Notes under the pieces: generated by a model
What the model saw: only the letters and a program-made list of their open reading frames with translations
The model's database searches: none
What the model was told of the DNA's origin: nothing
In this document: one piece after another, positions 21,789 through 33,180 of the stretch
How positions within the stretch are numbered: position 1 is the first letter of the stretch
Layout of the letters: every line of letters starts with the position of its first letter
Position numbers and translations under genes: made by a program
Source of the DNA: an uncultured cyanobacterium
GTDB taxonomy: Bacteria > Cyanobacteriota > Cyanobacteriia > Leptolyngbyales > Leptolyngbyaceae
Direction of reading: 5' to 3'
DNA: 64,000 bases
NCBI GenBank assembly: GCA_963766075.1
Contig: CAVYAN010000072.1
Span: 96,001 to 160,000 of the forward strand

Positions 21789-22088
21789 CTAGAAAACAAG
21801 GCTTGCTTGCATTACGCTTTGGCTGAGGGCACCCAACAGAGGTTTTACCACCATCGACAGCAGCAGCAGCGCCAGCAGGGGCGAAAAATCCATGCCGCCC
21901 AAGGGGGGGATGATACTTCGAAAAATGTTTAAGTAGGGATCCGTCAACTGTGCCAAGGTCGCAAAGGGTTGACTAAACCAATTGACTTGGGGAAACCAGG
22001 TGAGCAAAATCCGTACCAGCAGCAATGCTGTGTAGATATTGATAAAGGTTAACAGGGTGGTGACAACTAATCCGACTAATGAACTCAT
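21789..22088 (-). CDS. YggT/YlmG family membrane protein
   Basis: RILLTWFP..LTDPYLNIFRSIIPPLGGMDFSP. Confidence 0.92.
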   Translation of the reverse strand: MSSLVGLVVTTLLTFINIYTALLLVRILLTWFPQVNWFSQPFATLAQLTDPYLNIFRSIIPPLGGMDFSPLLALLLLSMVVKPLLGALSQSVMQASLVF

Positions 22089-22258
22089 AGCAGCAGTGCT
22101 TCCTTCTTTAAGAGACTTAGAATAGGGGCCTAAATGGAGAGTCCATAAATACTGAACTCAATGTAATGGATATTGGTAGATTTTGGATCGGGGTGTGCCG
22201 AATGGGGTGTGGCGGATATCCCGTCAGGTATGATCATCCATCCTGGGAACAGGTATGA

Positions 22259-22600
22259 TCACCCATCTTTGGAATAGGCGCGATCGCCCACAGACTTCTT
22301 AGGCGAAGTGCCGTTAACCCCGCCTAACTGTTGACGGACCTCGTCAATCGCTTCGTTGAGCTGGGCAATTTTATCCTCTAAGCCGCGCCGAGAAGCTTCA
22401 ATGTCGCCCTGGCCCCGACTCGATTTCAGTGATCGGCGTTGGGTGGCCTGGATGGCTTTTTCCTCCGGGGTCAAATTCTCTTCCGCCGTCAACTCCGCCA
22501 GTTTGCCCGAAGCCAAGAGCGCTCCAACTAAGCCTCCCACAAGCCCCCCCACGAAGGTGCCCAACAGAAAACCACCCGAAAAATTATCTTGCTGACTCAT
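22259..22600 (-). CDS. Conserved hypothetical membrane-anchored coiled-coil protein
   Basis: Gly-rich TM FLLGTFVGGLVGG plus LEDKIAQLNEAIDEVRQQL; lies between upp and yggT. Confidence 0.8.
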   Translation of the reverse strand: MSQQDNFSGGFLLGTFVGGLVGGLVGALLASGKLAELTAEENLTPEEKAIQATQRRSLKSSRGQGDIEASRRGLEDKIAQLNEAIDEVRQQLGGVNGTSPKKSVGDRAYSKDG

Positions 22601-22779
22601 GGTCGTCCCGAAATAGAGTTCATCCAGGAGGCCATCGGATTGCCCTTGGCATGGCTTCTCCCTGCCTATAGCTTAGCTCTAGACCTGGCGCTTAGACTGA
22701 CAACATTGGGCCGCCAACATCGGGCCTATAAAATCAACCCGGCTAACCACATAGAGCCTTCACCGATGGTGCCGGATTA

Positions 22780-23430
22780 CTAGGTGCCAAAGGTGCGATC
22801 GCCCGCATCCCCCAACCCAGGAACAATAAAGCCCTGCTCGTTTAATCCCTCATCGATCGCCGCCGCATAAATCGTCAGACTGGGATAGGTCGCACTCAGC
22901 TTTTGCAGGGCTGCTGGAGCCGCCACCACTGAAATAATCCGCACCATCGCCGGATCGGCACCCCGCCGGATCAATTCCGCCATTGCCGCTACGCTGGTGC
23001 CCCCCGTAGCCAGCATCGGCTCAGTAATCAAGATCCGCGTGTTGGGATCAAGCTGGTCTGGGAGACGATTGAGATAGCAGGACGGTTCTAGGGTTTCCTC
23101 ATCACGGACAAACCCCACGTGATAAATCGAGGCCAAGGGTAGCACTGCCTGTGCCCCCTCTAGCAAAGCAAGCCCCGCCCGCAAAATCGGCATGACAGCC
23201 ACAGGGACTTCGGGATTGATAAAGGCGGCTGGACAGGGGGCCAAGGGGGTCTGGACGGTGGTTTCCGTCATCGGTAGCCAGTCTCGAATCGCCTCATAGG
23301 TCAACCAGCGCCCTAGCTCAGTCATGGCACTGCGAAACAGGGTGGAAGGGGTGGCCTCATCCCGTGCGACAGCCAACCAATGTTTAACCAAAGGGTGGGG
23401 GGGGACATAGATCCGAAGTTGGAGGGTCAT
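22780..23430 (-). CDS. upp: Uracil phosphoribosyltransferase
   Basis: HPL, PILRAG, PMLATGG and IVPGLGDAGDRTFGT motifs. Confidence 0.96.
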   Translation of the reverse strand: MTLQLRIYVPPHPLVKHWLAVARDEATPSTLFRSAMTELGRWLTYEAIRDWLPMTETTVQTPLAPCPAAFINPEVPVAVMPILRAGLALLEGAQAVLPLASIYHVGFVRDEETLEPSCYLNRLPDQLDPNTRILITEPMLATGGTSVAAMAELIRRGADPAMVRIISVVAAPAALQKLSATYPSLTIYAAAIDEGLNEQGFIVPGLGDAGDRTFGT

Positions 23431-23764
23431 AGCAAGAAGTGATGCTAAACAAATCAGACCCCTTATTTTACTCGGTTAACTCTGTTCAGCACTCACAGAA
23501 ATGCCAGTTTTACCGGGAAGCCTCACCGTTGCACCGCCAAAACCCTTACCGATCGCAACATCAAGAACCCCGACCTCAAGAACTCTGGTGCCCCCAGTCA
23601 AGACCCCTGGCACCCCCACCGGGCTTCCCACCGGACAACAGCAAGCCCCACTCAAAACTTTCTCCAGGGCGCGTTGGGGCGGGGCACTTCCGGATACACT
23701 AAAAATTGGTATTTTTGTTTAAGTATCTATTAAGTCTTGTTCGTTGCGCTCTTCTCCAGAACTT

Positions 23765-25325
23765 ATGCCGAATTCCGCTCCGCCATCGTCAGAAGTGACT
23801 CCCAATTCTGGTCTGCCCCTGACTACAGCCTTGACAGAGTCTCTAGATGTCATCGTGATTGGGTCTGGGATTGGCGGACTGGTGACGGCTACCCAGTTGG
23901 CGGCGAAGGGAGCCAAGGTACTGGTGTTAGAGAGCTACCTGATTCCGGGGGGCAGTTCTGGCTATTTTGAACGCAGTGGTTATCGCTTTGATGTCGGGGC
24001 ATCAATGATTTTTGGGTTTGGTACCCAGGGGACAACAAATTTGCTGACTCGGGCGCTGGAGGCCGTGCAGGTGAGCCTGGAAACCATTCCCGATCCGGTG
24101 CAGATTCACTACCATTTGCCCAATGGTCTGGAACTTAAGGTTCATAAGGATTACGAGAAATTTTTATCCGAACTGACCGCCAAGTTTCCCCATGAAGCCC
24201 AAGGGATTCGCCAGTTTTACGATGAATGCTGGCGGGTGTTCAACTGTCTGAATGTGATGGATTTGTTGTCCCTGGAGGAGCCGCGCTACCTGGCTCGGGT
24301 GTTTTTTCAGCATCCGTTGGCTTGCCTGGGTTTGGTGAAGTATTTGCCCCAGAATGCCGGGGATATTGCCCGCCGATTCATTCGGGATCCGGACTTGCTG
24401 CGGTTTATTGATATGGAGTGCTATTGCTGGTCGGTGGTGCCTGCCGATCGCACCCCGATGATTAATGCGGGCATGGTGTTTAGCGATCGCCACTACGGCG
24501 GCATCAACTATCCCAAAGGCGGCGTCGGGCAAATTGCTCAGAAATTAGTGGAAGGTTTGGTCCAGTGCGGCGGCAGCATTCGCTACAAGGCCAGAGTGAC
24601 CGAAATTCTGCGGGAACGGGGACGGGCGATCGGGGTGAAATTGGCCTCAGGGGAAACCTATCGCGCGAAGCGGATCGTCTCCAACGCCACCCGCTGGGAC
24701 ACCTTTGAAAAATTGATCCCCGCTACAGAAATGCCGATCGCCGAACAAAAATGGCAGCGGCGCTATCAAAAGTCTCCCAGCTTTTTGAGTCTGCATTTGG
24801 GCGTCAAAGCCACTGCCCTGCCCTCTGGCACGGAATGCCACCATATTCTGCTGGAGGACTGGACCCGCATGGAAGCCGAAGCGGGACTATATTTGTTTCC
24901 ATCCCCACGCTGTTGGATCCCAGTCTGGCTCCCCCAGATCACCACATCATCCATGCGTTTACGCCGTCCTGGTTGGAATCGTGGCAGGGACTGTCTCCCC
25001 AGGACTATCAGGAGAAAAAAGAAGAGGCAGCAGCGGCTTTAATCACGCGCCTCAAAAAATCTTTCCAGATCTATCCCGCCATCTGGACTATCAAGAAGTG
25101 GGTACACCGCGCACCCATCGCCGGTTTTTGGGGCGGCAAGATGGGACCTATGGCCCGATCCCCACCCGCAAATTGCCGGGATTGTTGGGGATGCCGTTTA
25201 ACCGCACGGCGATCGCGGGCTTCTACCGCGTAGGCGACAGCACATTTCCGGGGCAGGGATTAAACGCCGTTGCTTTTTCGGGATTTGCCTGTGCCCATCG
25301 GATTGCGGTGGATCTGGGCCTATAG
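23765..25325 (+). CDS. crtH: Carotenoid isomerase (two apparent frameshifts near 24885 and 25058)
   Basis: GSGIGG FAD motif, [25 protein letters not shown] and the C-terminal [17 protein letters not shown]. Confidence 0.9.
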
Positions 25326-25486
25326 GAGAACTGGGCCTATAGGATCTCGATTCCAACGGGCCCACGCTCCAGGGTTGTCGGGTGATCTACCATAGGGAGG
25401 TATGGCCAGAGAGTCGGGATACAGATTCGGGGCACAGAGTCGGGACGTAACGTCAGAAAATTGCTGCAAATGAGGTTTGGTTAAAC

Positions 25487-25714
25487 ATGGAAAATCCCCT
25501 GTCGGAAGACATCGGCACCGCCCCTACTGCGGCACTGCTTCCATCGGATCCGGAGATCGCTGTCCCCGTTGTGGCTTCTGAGCCACCCCCGAGTTATGTC
25601 AAACTGGCAATGCGGAACATGGTCCGTAAGCGGGGTCAGTCGCTGCGGCACTTTTTTTTGACGGCCACAGGACTTTTGGCAGTATTTGTGGGACTGGCTT
25701 ATTTAACGCGCTAG
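25487..25714 (+). CDS. DUF3285 family small membrane protein
   Basis: PSYVKLAMRNMVRKRGQSLRHF followed by a TM helix. Confidence 0.85.
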   Translation: MENPLSEDIGTAPTAALLPSDPEIAVPVVASEPPPSYVKLAMRNMVRKRGQSLRHFFLTATGLLAVFVGLAYLTR

Positions 25715-25726
25715 TGGGTAAAACCT

Positions 25727-26377
25727 TTGGATCAGCAAACCTTGGCACAACAGCCCGTGGGCATACCGCTTGGGCCTCAAGCCCTAGAACATCAAGATCT
25801 AGGCGATCGCGATTTAAGACAGGACAATCGGGTACGAGACGCCTCTGTCCGTGGGGTTGAGGTGTGCGTGCAGGACTGTTGGACAGAGATTATGGATGCC
25901 AGTCATGCCACGGCTTACGGGGTGCCATCGGCCACCTGGGAACAGTGGTTTCAGACCTGGCTCACCAGCTTGGAGCCGGATTTATCATCGGATCTCCTGC
26001 CGGAGGGCGGCTATGAACTCAGCCTGCGGTTGACGGGCGATCGCGACATGCAAGCCTTCAACCGTGATTACCGCCACCAAGACAAACCCACGGATGTGTT
26101 AGCCTTTGCTGCTCTGGAAACTGAAATCCCCATCACAGAGGAATGGCCCATCTCTCAACCCCTCTACCTGGGTGACATTGTGATCTCCATAGAAACAGCA
26201 CAAGCCCAGGCCCATCGGGCTGGCCATTCCCTAGAGGTGGAACTGGCGTGGCTTGCTGCCCATGGGTTGTTGCATCTCCTGGGTTGGGATCACCCCGATG
26301 AGGAGCAGTTACAGGACATGTTAGATCGCCAGGAAGCCCTGCTCCATGCCGTGGGGATCACGCTAGCGAGTCGATAA
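25727..26377 (+). CDS. ybeY: rRNA maturation RNase YbeY (start uncertain)
   Basis: NRDYRHQDKPTDVLAF, LGDIVIS and HGLLHLLGWDH motifs. Confidence 0.93.
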   Translation: MDQQTLAQQPVGIPLGPQALEHQDLGDRDLRQDNRVRDASVRGVEVCVQDCWTEIMDASHATAYGVPSATWEQWFQTWLTSLEPDLSSDLLPEGGYELSLRLTGDRDMQAFNRDYRHQDKPTDVLAFAALETEIPITEEWPISQPLYLGDIVISIETAQAQAHRAGHSLEVELAWLAAHGLLHLLGWDHPDEEQLQDMLDRQEALLHAVGITLASR

Positions 26378-26510
26378 GATCTACCTGCGTACCGCTCCAA
26401 ACAAATGGATCGTATTACGTAGATTGAGTAGATCGTATTTGGATTTAGATCTCATCCCGAATTTGATTATTTACTGATGTAACCTTTATTGTGTTTTCCT
26501 TTTGTGGTCT

Positions 26511-26996
26511 ATGCCCTCTGAACTTCCCACTTCGTCACCGGAACAAGCTGCGCCAGAGCATCCCCTGCATCAGCCCCATGCCCTCAACCGAGATTTTGCC
26601 CTACAGACGGCCCCGAGCCTATTGATTAGCTTTAAGTATGCTTGGGCGGGGGTAAGCTATGCCTTTCAAACCCAGCGAAATTTTCGGGTCCATGTCGGGC
26701 TAGGGACGGTGGCGATCGCCCTCAGTCTCTATCTGCACCTCCCCTCAACGGAACTGGCCATCATTGGGCTGACCACAGGGGCTGTACTGACGATGGAATT
26801 GTTGAATACGGCGATCGAGTCAGTGGTAGATCTGACGGTAAAGCAGTCGTACCACGAGTTGGCTAAGATTGCCAAAGACTGCGCCGCAGCGGCAGTCCTG
26901 ATTTCGGCGGCGGCAGCCGTTGGGGTGGCGGGCTCTCTGATTTTGCCGAAACTGTGGCTGGCGATCGCGCTCCTGGTTGCCCCCTACCTGGCTTAG
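26511..26996 (+). CDS. dgkA: Diacylglycerol kinase family protein
   Basis: SFKYAWAG, QRNFRVH, ELLNTAIESVVD and AKIAKDCAAAAV motifs. Confidence 0.88.
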   Translation: MPSELPTSSPEQAAPEHPLHQPHALNRDFALQTAPSLLISFKYAWAGVSYAFQTQRNFRVHVGLGTVAIALSLYLHLPSTELAIIGLTTGAVLTMELLNTAIESVVDLTVKQSYHELAKIAKDCAAAAVLISAAAAVGVAGSLILPKLWLAIALLVAPYLA

Positions 26997-27161
26997 TCCT
27001 GTGGTGCCTGCCGCACTATAGAGGAATGCAAAATTAAACGTGAAAAATTAAAAATGACGGATGGTGTGAACGGGAAGACTCCGGGCCGCCTTGCCAGCAG
27101 ATTTTTAATTGCGATTTTAATTGCGATCGCTCATGTCCTCCCATTCAAAGGGCTCAATTCC

Positions 27162-27812
27162 ATGATTCTCGTCATTGATAACTACGACAGCTTTACCTAC
27201 AACTTGGTGCAATATCTCGGTGAGCTGGGCACAGAATTTCCTGTTGCCGCTGATATTCAGGTCTATCGCAACGACCAAATTTCTCTGGAGCAGGTGCGCG
27301 CCCTCTGGCCCGATGGCATTGTCATTTCTCCCGGCCCCGGTCGGCCCGACGATGCCGGAATCTCCTTGCAGTTGATTCAAGCCCTCGGCCCTGAACTGCC
27401 GATCCTAGGCGTGTGCTTGGGACATCAAAGCATCGGGCAGGTGTTTGGCGGCACCATTACGGCGGCTCCAGTCCTCATGCATGGCAAAACATCCCCCGTC
27501 GAGCACACCAACGTAGGCGTATTCGCAGGCTTGGACAATCCCTTTACGGCTACCCGCTACCACAGCCTTGTGATTGAACAGCAGACCTGCCCTGACGTGT
27601 TAGAGGTCACTGCCTGGGTCGCCGATGGCACGATTATGGGCGTGCGCCACCGCCAATATCCCCATATTCAAGGCGTGCAGTTTCATCCTGAAAGTGTGCT
27701 GACGCTGTCGGGCAAGCCATTGCTCAGGAATTTCCTTGCGGCGTTATCGGGGGCATCCCCTGACGAACTGCGCGGAGAATCTACGGTGCCGATGTCGGCC
27801 ACAGAGCGCTGA
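27162..27812 (+). CDS. trpG: Anthranilate/aminodeoxychorismate synthase component II
   Basis: IDNYDSFTYN, SPGPG, GVCLGHQ, RYHSL and QFHPES motifs; could also act as PabA. Confidence 0.9.
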   Translation: MILVIDNYDSFTYNLVQYLGELGTEFPVAADIQVYRNDQISLEQVRALWPDGIVISPGPGRPDDAGISLQLIQALGPELPILGVCLGHQSIGQVFGGTITAAPVLMHGKTSPVEHTNVGVFAGLDNPFTATRYHSLVIEQQTCPDVLEVTAWVADGTIMGVRHRQYPHIQGVQFHPESVLTLSGKPLLRNFLAALSGASPDELRGESTVPMSATER

Positions 27813-27927
27813 TGGCATCCCTGCGGCGCAGGTAAAACGACAAACTGGCCCAAAAACAGACAACTTGGTTTTACCTTTTGGCAGTTGCCCTGTACGCTAA
27901 TTCCTAGTGGTTTTGCGAGGACGCGAT

Positions 27928-28707
27928 ATGAAACGACGGCAGCTAATACGCTATGCAGGAGCCGGATTGCTGGCAACTATCGGCACGGGCATCGGTTCAG
28001 ACTGGGCTGACCTCGGACAGAAGGCGCAGGCGCAGACGGGCGGGGTGTCTATCCAGTTTTTGGGGCACACCTGCTTTTTGATTACAGGCGGGGGGCATCG
28101 GGTATTGGTGAACCCCTTTAAGCCCATTGGCTGTACAGCGGGCTATCGCGCACCAAAGGTGGGATCGGATTTAGTGCTGATTAGCAGCCAATTGTTTGAT
28201 GAGGGGTTTGTGGACGGACTGCCGGGAAATCCTCAGATTTTGTTTGAACCGGGAGAATACAAGGTTGGCAATCAGAATGTCCGGGGTGTCCGTACGGAAC
28301 ACGATCGCGTCAAAGGCAAGCGCTTTGGTGTGAATGTGGCGTGGCAATGGCAGCAGGGCGGACTGAATATCCTGCACCTGGGCGGAATTGCGGGTCCGAT
28401 TTCTGTTGAACAAAAGATTTTGATGGGTCGCCCAGATGTGTTGATGATTCCGGTGGGGGGCGGTCCCAAAGCCTACACGGCGGCAGAGGCCCAGCAGGCG
28501 ATTCAGTTACTGAATCCGAAGCTGATTATTCCGACGCACTACCGCACGACGGCGGCGGCTAAGAATACCTGCGATATTGTCGGCGTAGACGAATTCCTGA
28601 AGCTGATGTCGGGAACCCCGGTGCGCAAGGGCGGCAGTGGCTTAAGCGTGGGCCGGGGTGATTTGCCCAGCAGCGGCTCGGTGATTCAGGTGATGAGTTA
28701 CGGTTAA
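27928..28707 (+). CDS. MBL-fold hydrolase-like protein with Tat signal
   Basis: KRRQLI signal; LGHTCFL, LMIPVGG and IIPTHY motifs. Confidence 0.85.
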   Translation: MKRRQLIRYAGAGLLATIGTGIGSDWADLGQKAQAQTGGVSIQFLGHTCFLITGGGHRVLVNPFKPIGCTAGYRAPKVGSDLVLISSQLFDEGFVDGLPGNPQILFEPGEYKVGNQNVRGVRTEHDRVKGKRFGVNVAWQWQQGGLNILHLGGIAGPISVEQKILMGRPDVLMIPVGGGPKAYTAAEAQQAIQLLNPKLIIPTHYRTTAAAKNTCDIVGVDEFLKLMSGTPVRKGGSGLSVGRGDLPSSGSVIQVMSYG

Positions 28708-28962
28708 AGCCCTGCGCACAAAAATCAGGTGGGGGTATGTCCGTATCCATGAAGACGAGTTGGATTATGGATTGAGTTGGGGGGTAACCCGTGTTTGAGA
28801 CGGTGGGCCTATTAATTTATCCTAGAAAATCAACACTATCGTCCTCAAAAGCCTGCCCCCATTTCCTTTGTTTATTTACGAAGGTTTATTTACGAACTTT
28901 GTCAATGCAGGGGTATCCTGCGTTATCAATACAGGTGTAGTGGGCATCGGTACACAGGTTTT

Positions 28963-30729
28963 CTAGCGCGCCGGACTCGTCCACCAGGCGATCGCATAGG
29001 GCTGTTGATCAGTATTGACTTGCCGCTGAAACTGAACCCGCAGCTTGTAACGTCCGGTGGCAGGCACCTGATGAAAAATATGCTCCACACTATCAACCGC
29101 ACTCACTGAAGACCAAATACTCTGGTTGACATCATTGTCTTCGACCCGCATAAGGTAAAGATTGAGATCATTTAAGCCGCGATCGCGAAAGCCTTCGCCC
29201 ATATCAAAAGCACCATTTCGGTTAGAGTCCACCAACTCTACCAAACGATTCCAGACCAACGTGACCGAGACAAAGCTGCCCTGCTGCAGGGGCCGTTCTA
29301 AAACATAATCTTGCACACCCGCGATCGCCGGCCTCGACAGATCGGGGCTAACGCTTTTCTGACTCTGAGTCCCCGCAGCCACTTGGCCATAATCCCACCC
29401 CAGCGGCGGCACTGCTGCCCGAGCTGGCCATTGTCCCGCGCTAAACTGTTGCATGGCCCGAGACGCATTCAACTGCCCTGTCCCCATTTGGATATGCAGC
29501 GGAATTTGGACATTTTGGGCAGCATCCGATTCCAGCCAAGTGCGGTTATTTTTATCCAAAATCGTGCGGCTCATGCCCAGATATGCGCCATTCCCCGTAT
29601 CTTGGACTTTGTCCGTTGCATTCATCAACACCGCCTTCATCACCTCCTGACGGCGTGCATCCAAACTCCATGGGGGCAAGCAACCCGGCGCAACCAGACA
29701 ACTGGATAGTTTTTGCTGCCGCAAATTCTGCACAATCGCGCGATCGCCATATTCCTGCAACAGCGCCACCGTCGCCGTTACATGGGGAGCCGCAAAGCTC
29801 GTACCACTGGAACGGGTGAGCGTGCCATCCATTTTCATCATCGCAATATCACTGCCGGGAGCAGTCAGTGAAATCGCCCGCCGTGCCCCCACATTGCTTT
29901 CCTGACCAATGATTGCCGTGCCCCCCACCGCCATCGGATCGCCCAAATTGGCAAAATCAACCTTGCGAAACACTCCCTCAACGCGCGTGGTAAAGGACAC
30001 ATTCATGCCATTAAAATTATCCGTTGGCACCGAAATGCCCCCTTTACCCTGATTGCCCGCCACCACGTACAGCACATTGTGCTGCCGTGCCGACCAATCG
30101 ATGCACTGCGTCAACAGGGCATTGCCATCCAACACCGGGCTAGTTCGCGGATCCTGTCGCAAGGACTCCCCAAAGCTGAAGTTAATCGCCCGCACATCAC
30201 CGCCATTTTGCAACGCCACATGCTGTGCCGCTAAACATTCCTCCGGCTGCCCATAGCGTTTAGGAGTCCCAGCGGCTGAGGAATACAGCCGTGCACCGGG
30301 AGCAATGCCCCGCATCGCCTTGGCCAGACTCAGCATCACGCTGGCCACATTAAAGGCATGCCCATCCACATTCGCGTTGAATCGCGGCGGGCGATCGCGA
30401 AAAAACACTCGAGTCACCCCCAGATTGCGCGGCTGGGTCAGCGCCTTATCAATGCCGAACTGTCCCGGACGGCCAATTTCCACTTGACCGATCGCCACCT
30501 TGCGTCCAGTTACGTTAAATGGCGGCTCATGTAGTCGCAGAGCGTCAATACCCGACGCTCCAGCAGAACTGGATTGCAGCAGCGTCGAGGAATTTTTCGG
30601 CGTCCGTCCGGCGATCGCGCCTGTGGCCCACCCCAGCATACCTAGTCCCACCAGTCCCAGACTGCCCACCAGTCTCACTCGCCCGCCACCCCTGCCTTCG
30701 GTCCGTCCCCCTTTACCCATCCCCGCCAC
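28963..30729 (-). CDS. S8 subtilisin-like serine peptidase
   Basis: DGHAFNVA, VAGN and SGTSFAAPHV motifs; start uncertain. Confidence 0.88.
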   Translation of the reverse strand: MAGMGKGGRTEGRGGGRVRLVGSLGLVGLGMLGWATGAIAGRTPKNSSTLLQSSSAGASGIDALRLHEPPFNVTGRKVAIGQVEIGRPGQFGIDKALTQPRNLGVTRVFFRDRPPRFNANVDGHAFNVASVMLSLAKAMRGIAPGARLYSSAAGTPKRYGQPEECLAAQHVALQNGGDVRAINFSFGESLRQDPRTSPVLDGNALLTQCIDWSARQHNVLYVVAGNQGKGGISVPTDNFNGMNVSFTTRVEGVFRKVDFANLGDPMAVGGTAIIGQESNVGARRAISLTAPGSDIAMMKMDGTLTRSSGTSFAAPHVTATVALLQEYGDRAIVQNLRQQKLSSCLVAPGCLPPWSLDARRQEVMKAVLMNATDKVQDTGNGAYLGMSRTILDKNNRTWLESDAAQNVQIPLHIQMGTGQLNASRAMQQFSAGQWPARAAVPPLGWDYGQVAAGTQSQKSVSPDLSRPAIAGVQDYVLERPLQQGSFVSVTLVWNRLVELVDSNRNGAFDMGEGFRDRGLNDLNLYLMRVEDNDVNQSIWSSVSAVDSVEHIFHQVPATGRYKLRVQFQRQVNTDQQPYAIAWWTSPAR

Positions 30730-31024
30730 TCCCCGACTCCCGCCCGATTTTCCTTCAGTGTAAATCCTCTGCCGTGGTCAGGGGGAAACACTGATGAACA
30801 ATATCCTAGAAGCCCCCACCATCCTGTAGAGTGGAGGATAATCCACAAAAAATTCCACTTTTCTTAAGAAGCTATTCTCAACACCACCCCTACTGCCATT
30901 AGTGGTGCATCTCCGCGCATTCCCCCTGAATGAAAAGATGAAAAGAAGTTGAGCTGAGCGTATTTATCAAATTTTGTGAATTTGTTACAATTACTACACC
31001 CGTTACTAGGAGGCTCTGCGCACC

Positions 31025-31726
31025 ATGCCCTCATCCCCAAAATCCGTCGTTATTTCTCCCTCAATTCTGTCCGCTGACTTTAGCCGCTTGGGCGAAGAAA
31101 TTCGTGCCGTGGATGCGGCAGGTGCCGATTGGATTCACGTCGATGTCATGGATGGGCGGTTCGTGCCCAACATCACCATTGGTCCATTGATTGTCGAAGC
31201 CATCCGTCCTTATACGACCAAGCCCCTGGATGTGCATTTGATGATTGTCGAACCCGAAAAGTATGTAGCCGACTTCGCCAAAGCGGGTGCTGACATCATC
31301 TCGGTCCATGCAGAGCATAATGCTTCCCCCCACCTGCACCGCACTCTTGGCCAAATCCGCGAATTGGGCAAGCAAGCTGGAGTGGTATTGAATCCCGGTA
31401 CGCCTCTGGAACTGATTGACAACGTTCTGGACCTGTGCGACTTAGTGCTGATCATGAGCGTCAACCCTGGTTTCGGTGGCCAAAGCTTTATCCCGACCAT
31501 GGTGCCCAAAATCCGTAAGCTGCGCCAAATGTGTGATGAGCGTGGTTTGAATCCCTGGATTGAAGTAGACGGTGGCTTGAAGGTAAACAACACCTGGCAA
31601 GTGCTAGAAGCGGGTGCCAATGCCATTGTGGCCGGTTCCGCCGTATTCAACGCCCCTGACTACGCCACGGCGATCGCAGGCATCCGCAACAGCAAACGCC
31701 CCGTACCCGAACTTGCGGCTGTTTAA
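31025..31726 (+). CDS. rpe: Ribulose-phosphate 3-epimerase
   Basis: [24 protein letters not shown] and EVDGG motifs. Confidence 0.97.
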   Translation: MPSSPKSVVISPSILSADFSRLGEEIRAVDAAGADWIHVDVMDGRFVPNITIGPLIVEAIRPYTTKPLDVHLMIVEPEKYVADFAKAGADIISVHAEHNASPHLHRTLGQIRELGKQAGVVLNPGTPLELIDNVLDLCDLVLIMSVNPGFGGQSFIPTMVPKIRKLRQMCDERGLNPWIEVDGGLKVNNTWQVLEAGANAIVAGSAVFNAPDYATAIAGIRNSKRPVPELAAV

Positions 31727-31790
31727 TTTTCTCAGTCAATCGATTCTGCACTTGGCTAGCTCTAAGACCGGTTGATTAGTCAGGCTTTGC

Positions 31791-31824
31791 AAATAAGCGG
31801 CCCCTCGGGGGCCGCTTATTTTTT
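31791..31824. terminator. Intrinsic terminator between convergent rpe and aroF
   Basis: aaataagcggcccc-tc-ggggg ccgcttatttttt, a GC stem followed by a T-run. Confidence 0.85.
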
Positions 31825-31863
31825 ATGGAACGGTGGTCTTGGCCTCCCGATTAAACCTGGGAA

Positions 31864-32925
31864 TTAAACATGGGACAAAACAGGTTCAGGACGCCAGCGC
31901 CCCACGGCTTTGCCGACAACGGCCAACTCCCGCATCAGGCTATCGAAGCGATCCGGGGTCAAGGATTGGGGGCCATCGGACAGAGCTTTCTTGGGATTGG
32001 GGTGAACTTCGATCATCAGGGAATCGGCTCCCGCCGCGATCGCCGCCGCCGCCATGGCTGGCACATATTCCGACCGACCCGTGCCATGGCTGGGATCAAT
32101 CATAATCGGCAAATGGGTTAGGGTCCTGAGCACAGGAATACAGGCCAAATCCAGCGTATTGCGCGCATACTTACTATCAAACGTGCGAATACCCCGTTCA
32201 CACAAAATCACATTGGGATTGCCCGCCGCCAGCACATATTCTGCCGCCATTAGCCAATCATCGATAGTCGCTGCCATGCCCCGCTTCAAAAGAATCGGCT
32301 TATCCTGGGCACCCACCTTTTTTAACAGGGAAAAATTCTGCATATTGCGCGCCCCAATTTGGATCACGTCCGCCACGTCCGCCAAGGATTCTAGATCCGC
32401 CGCATCCATCAATTCGGTAATAATGCCCAAGCCCGTGGCCGCCCGCGCCGCCGCTAATAAATCCAGGGCACTTTCCCCATGCCCCTGGAATGCATAGGGC
32501 GATGTCCGGGGTTTAAAAGCGCCCCCCCGGAGAAACTGTGCCCCCGCTGCCTTCACCCGGTGGGCTGTTTCAATAATCATTGCTTCGTTTTCCACGGAAC
32601 AAGGGCCCGCCACCACCACTAAGGGTTGATGCTCACCAAAGCAAACGGGGCCATTGGGCGTAGACACCACCACATCGCTGGACTCACCCTGGCGATATTC
32701 CCGACTGGCCCGCTTAAAGGGTTGTTCCACACGCAAGACCTGCTCAATCCAGGGGTTCATTTCCTGGATTTGCAGCGGATCCAGGTCAACGGTTTCCCCG
32801 ACTAAGCCAATCACAATTTTGTGCTTGCCGATAATTTTCTCGGGAGAAAGGCCCCACGCAACGAGTTCATCACAAAATTGCTCAATTTCTGTAGCGGGAG
32901 AGCCAACTTTCATTACGACGATCAT
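31864..32925 (-). CDS. aroF: DAHP synthase (type I-beta)
   Basis: AGPCSVE, RGGAFKPRTSPY, QIGARNMQN, LLKRG and DPSHG motifs. Confidence 0.93.
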   Translation of the reverse strand: MIVVMKVGSPATEIEQFCDELVAWGLSPEKIIGKHKIVIGLVGETVDLDPLQIQEMNPWIEQVLRVEQPFKRASREYRQGESSDVVVSTPNGPVCFGEHQPLVVVAGPCSVENEAMIIETAHRVKAAGAQFLRGGAFKPRTSPYAFQGHGESALDLLAAARAATGLGIITELMDAADLESLADVADVIQIGARNMQNFSLLKKVGAQDKPILLKRGMAATIDDWLMAAEYVLAAGNPNVILCERGIRTFDSKYARNTLDLACIPVLRTLTHLPIMIDPSHGTGRSEYVPAMAAAAIAAGADSLMIEVHPNPKKALSDGPQSLTPDRFDSLMRELAVVGKAVGRWRPEPVLSHV

Positions 32926-33090
32926 AGAGAGTACGCCTATTTTTTAGAGTGGACCTGCTCAGGATCCTAGCGCACCCATCACCAACCCTGGTTTAAACTC
33001 AAAAACTCAAGGCCAACCCGAGGGATAAACCGCATCGGTGCTCTCAGTTTTGAGCTATTTTACTTCGGGTAAAGATTCACCCTACCTAAT

Positions 33091-33149
33091 CTGCTGGCTG
33101 AGCGGAATACCTGCTGGCTGAGCGGAGCTGAAGCCAGCAGGTATTCCGC
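33091..33149. repeat. REP-like hairpin, 18-bp perfect stem with 12-nt loop
   Basis: gcggaatacctgctggct-gagcggagctga-agccagcaggtattccgc. Confidence 0.85.
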
Positions 33150-33180
33150 CCGTCAAACGCTGTTATCCTTTAGCCTTTGC

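Noticed and set aside
13995..25325. clpB and crtH as true pseudogenes or programmed frameshifts
   Set aside because: The proteins are otherwise intact. The indels fall at homopolymers or HIP1 sites across many unrelated genes, so sequencing error is more likely.
30975..30989. NtcA/CRP-like site upstream of rpe (tgtgaatttgttaca)
   Set aside because: The spacing is one base short of TGT-N10-ACA; not supportable.
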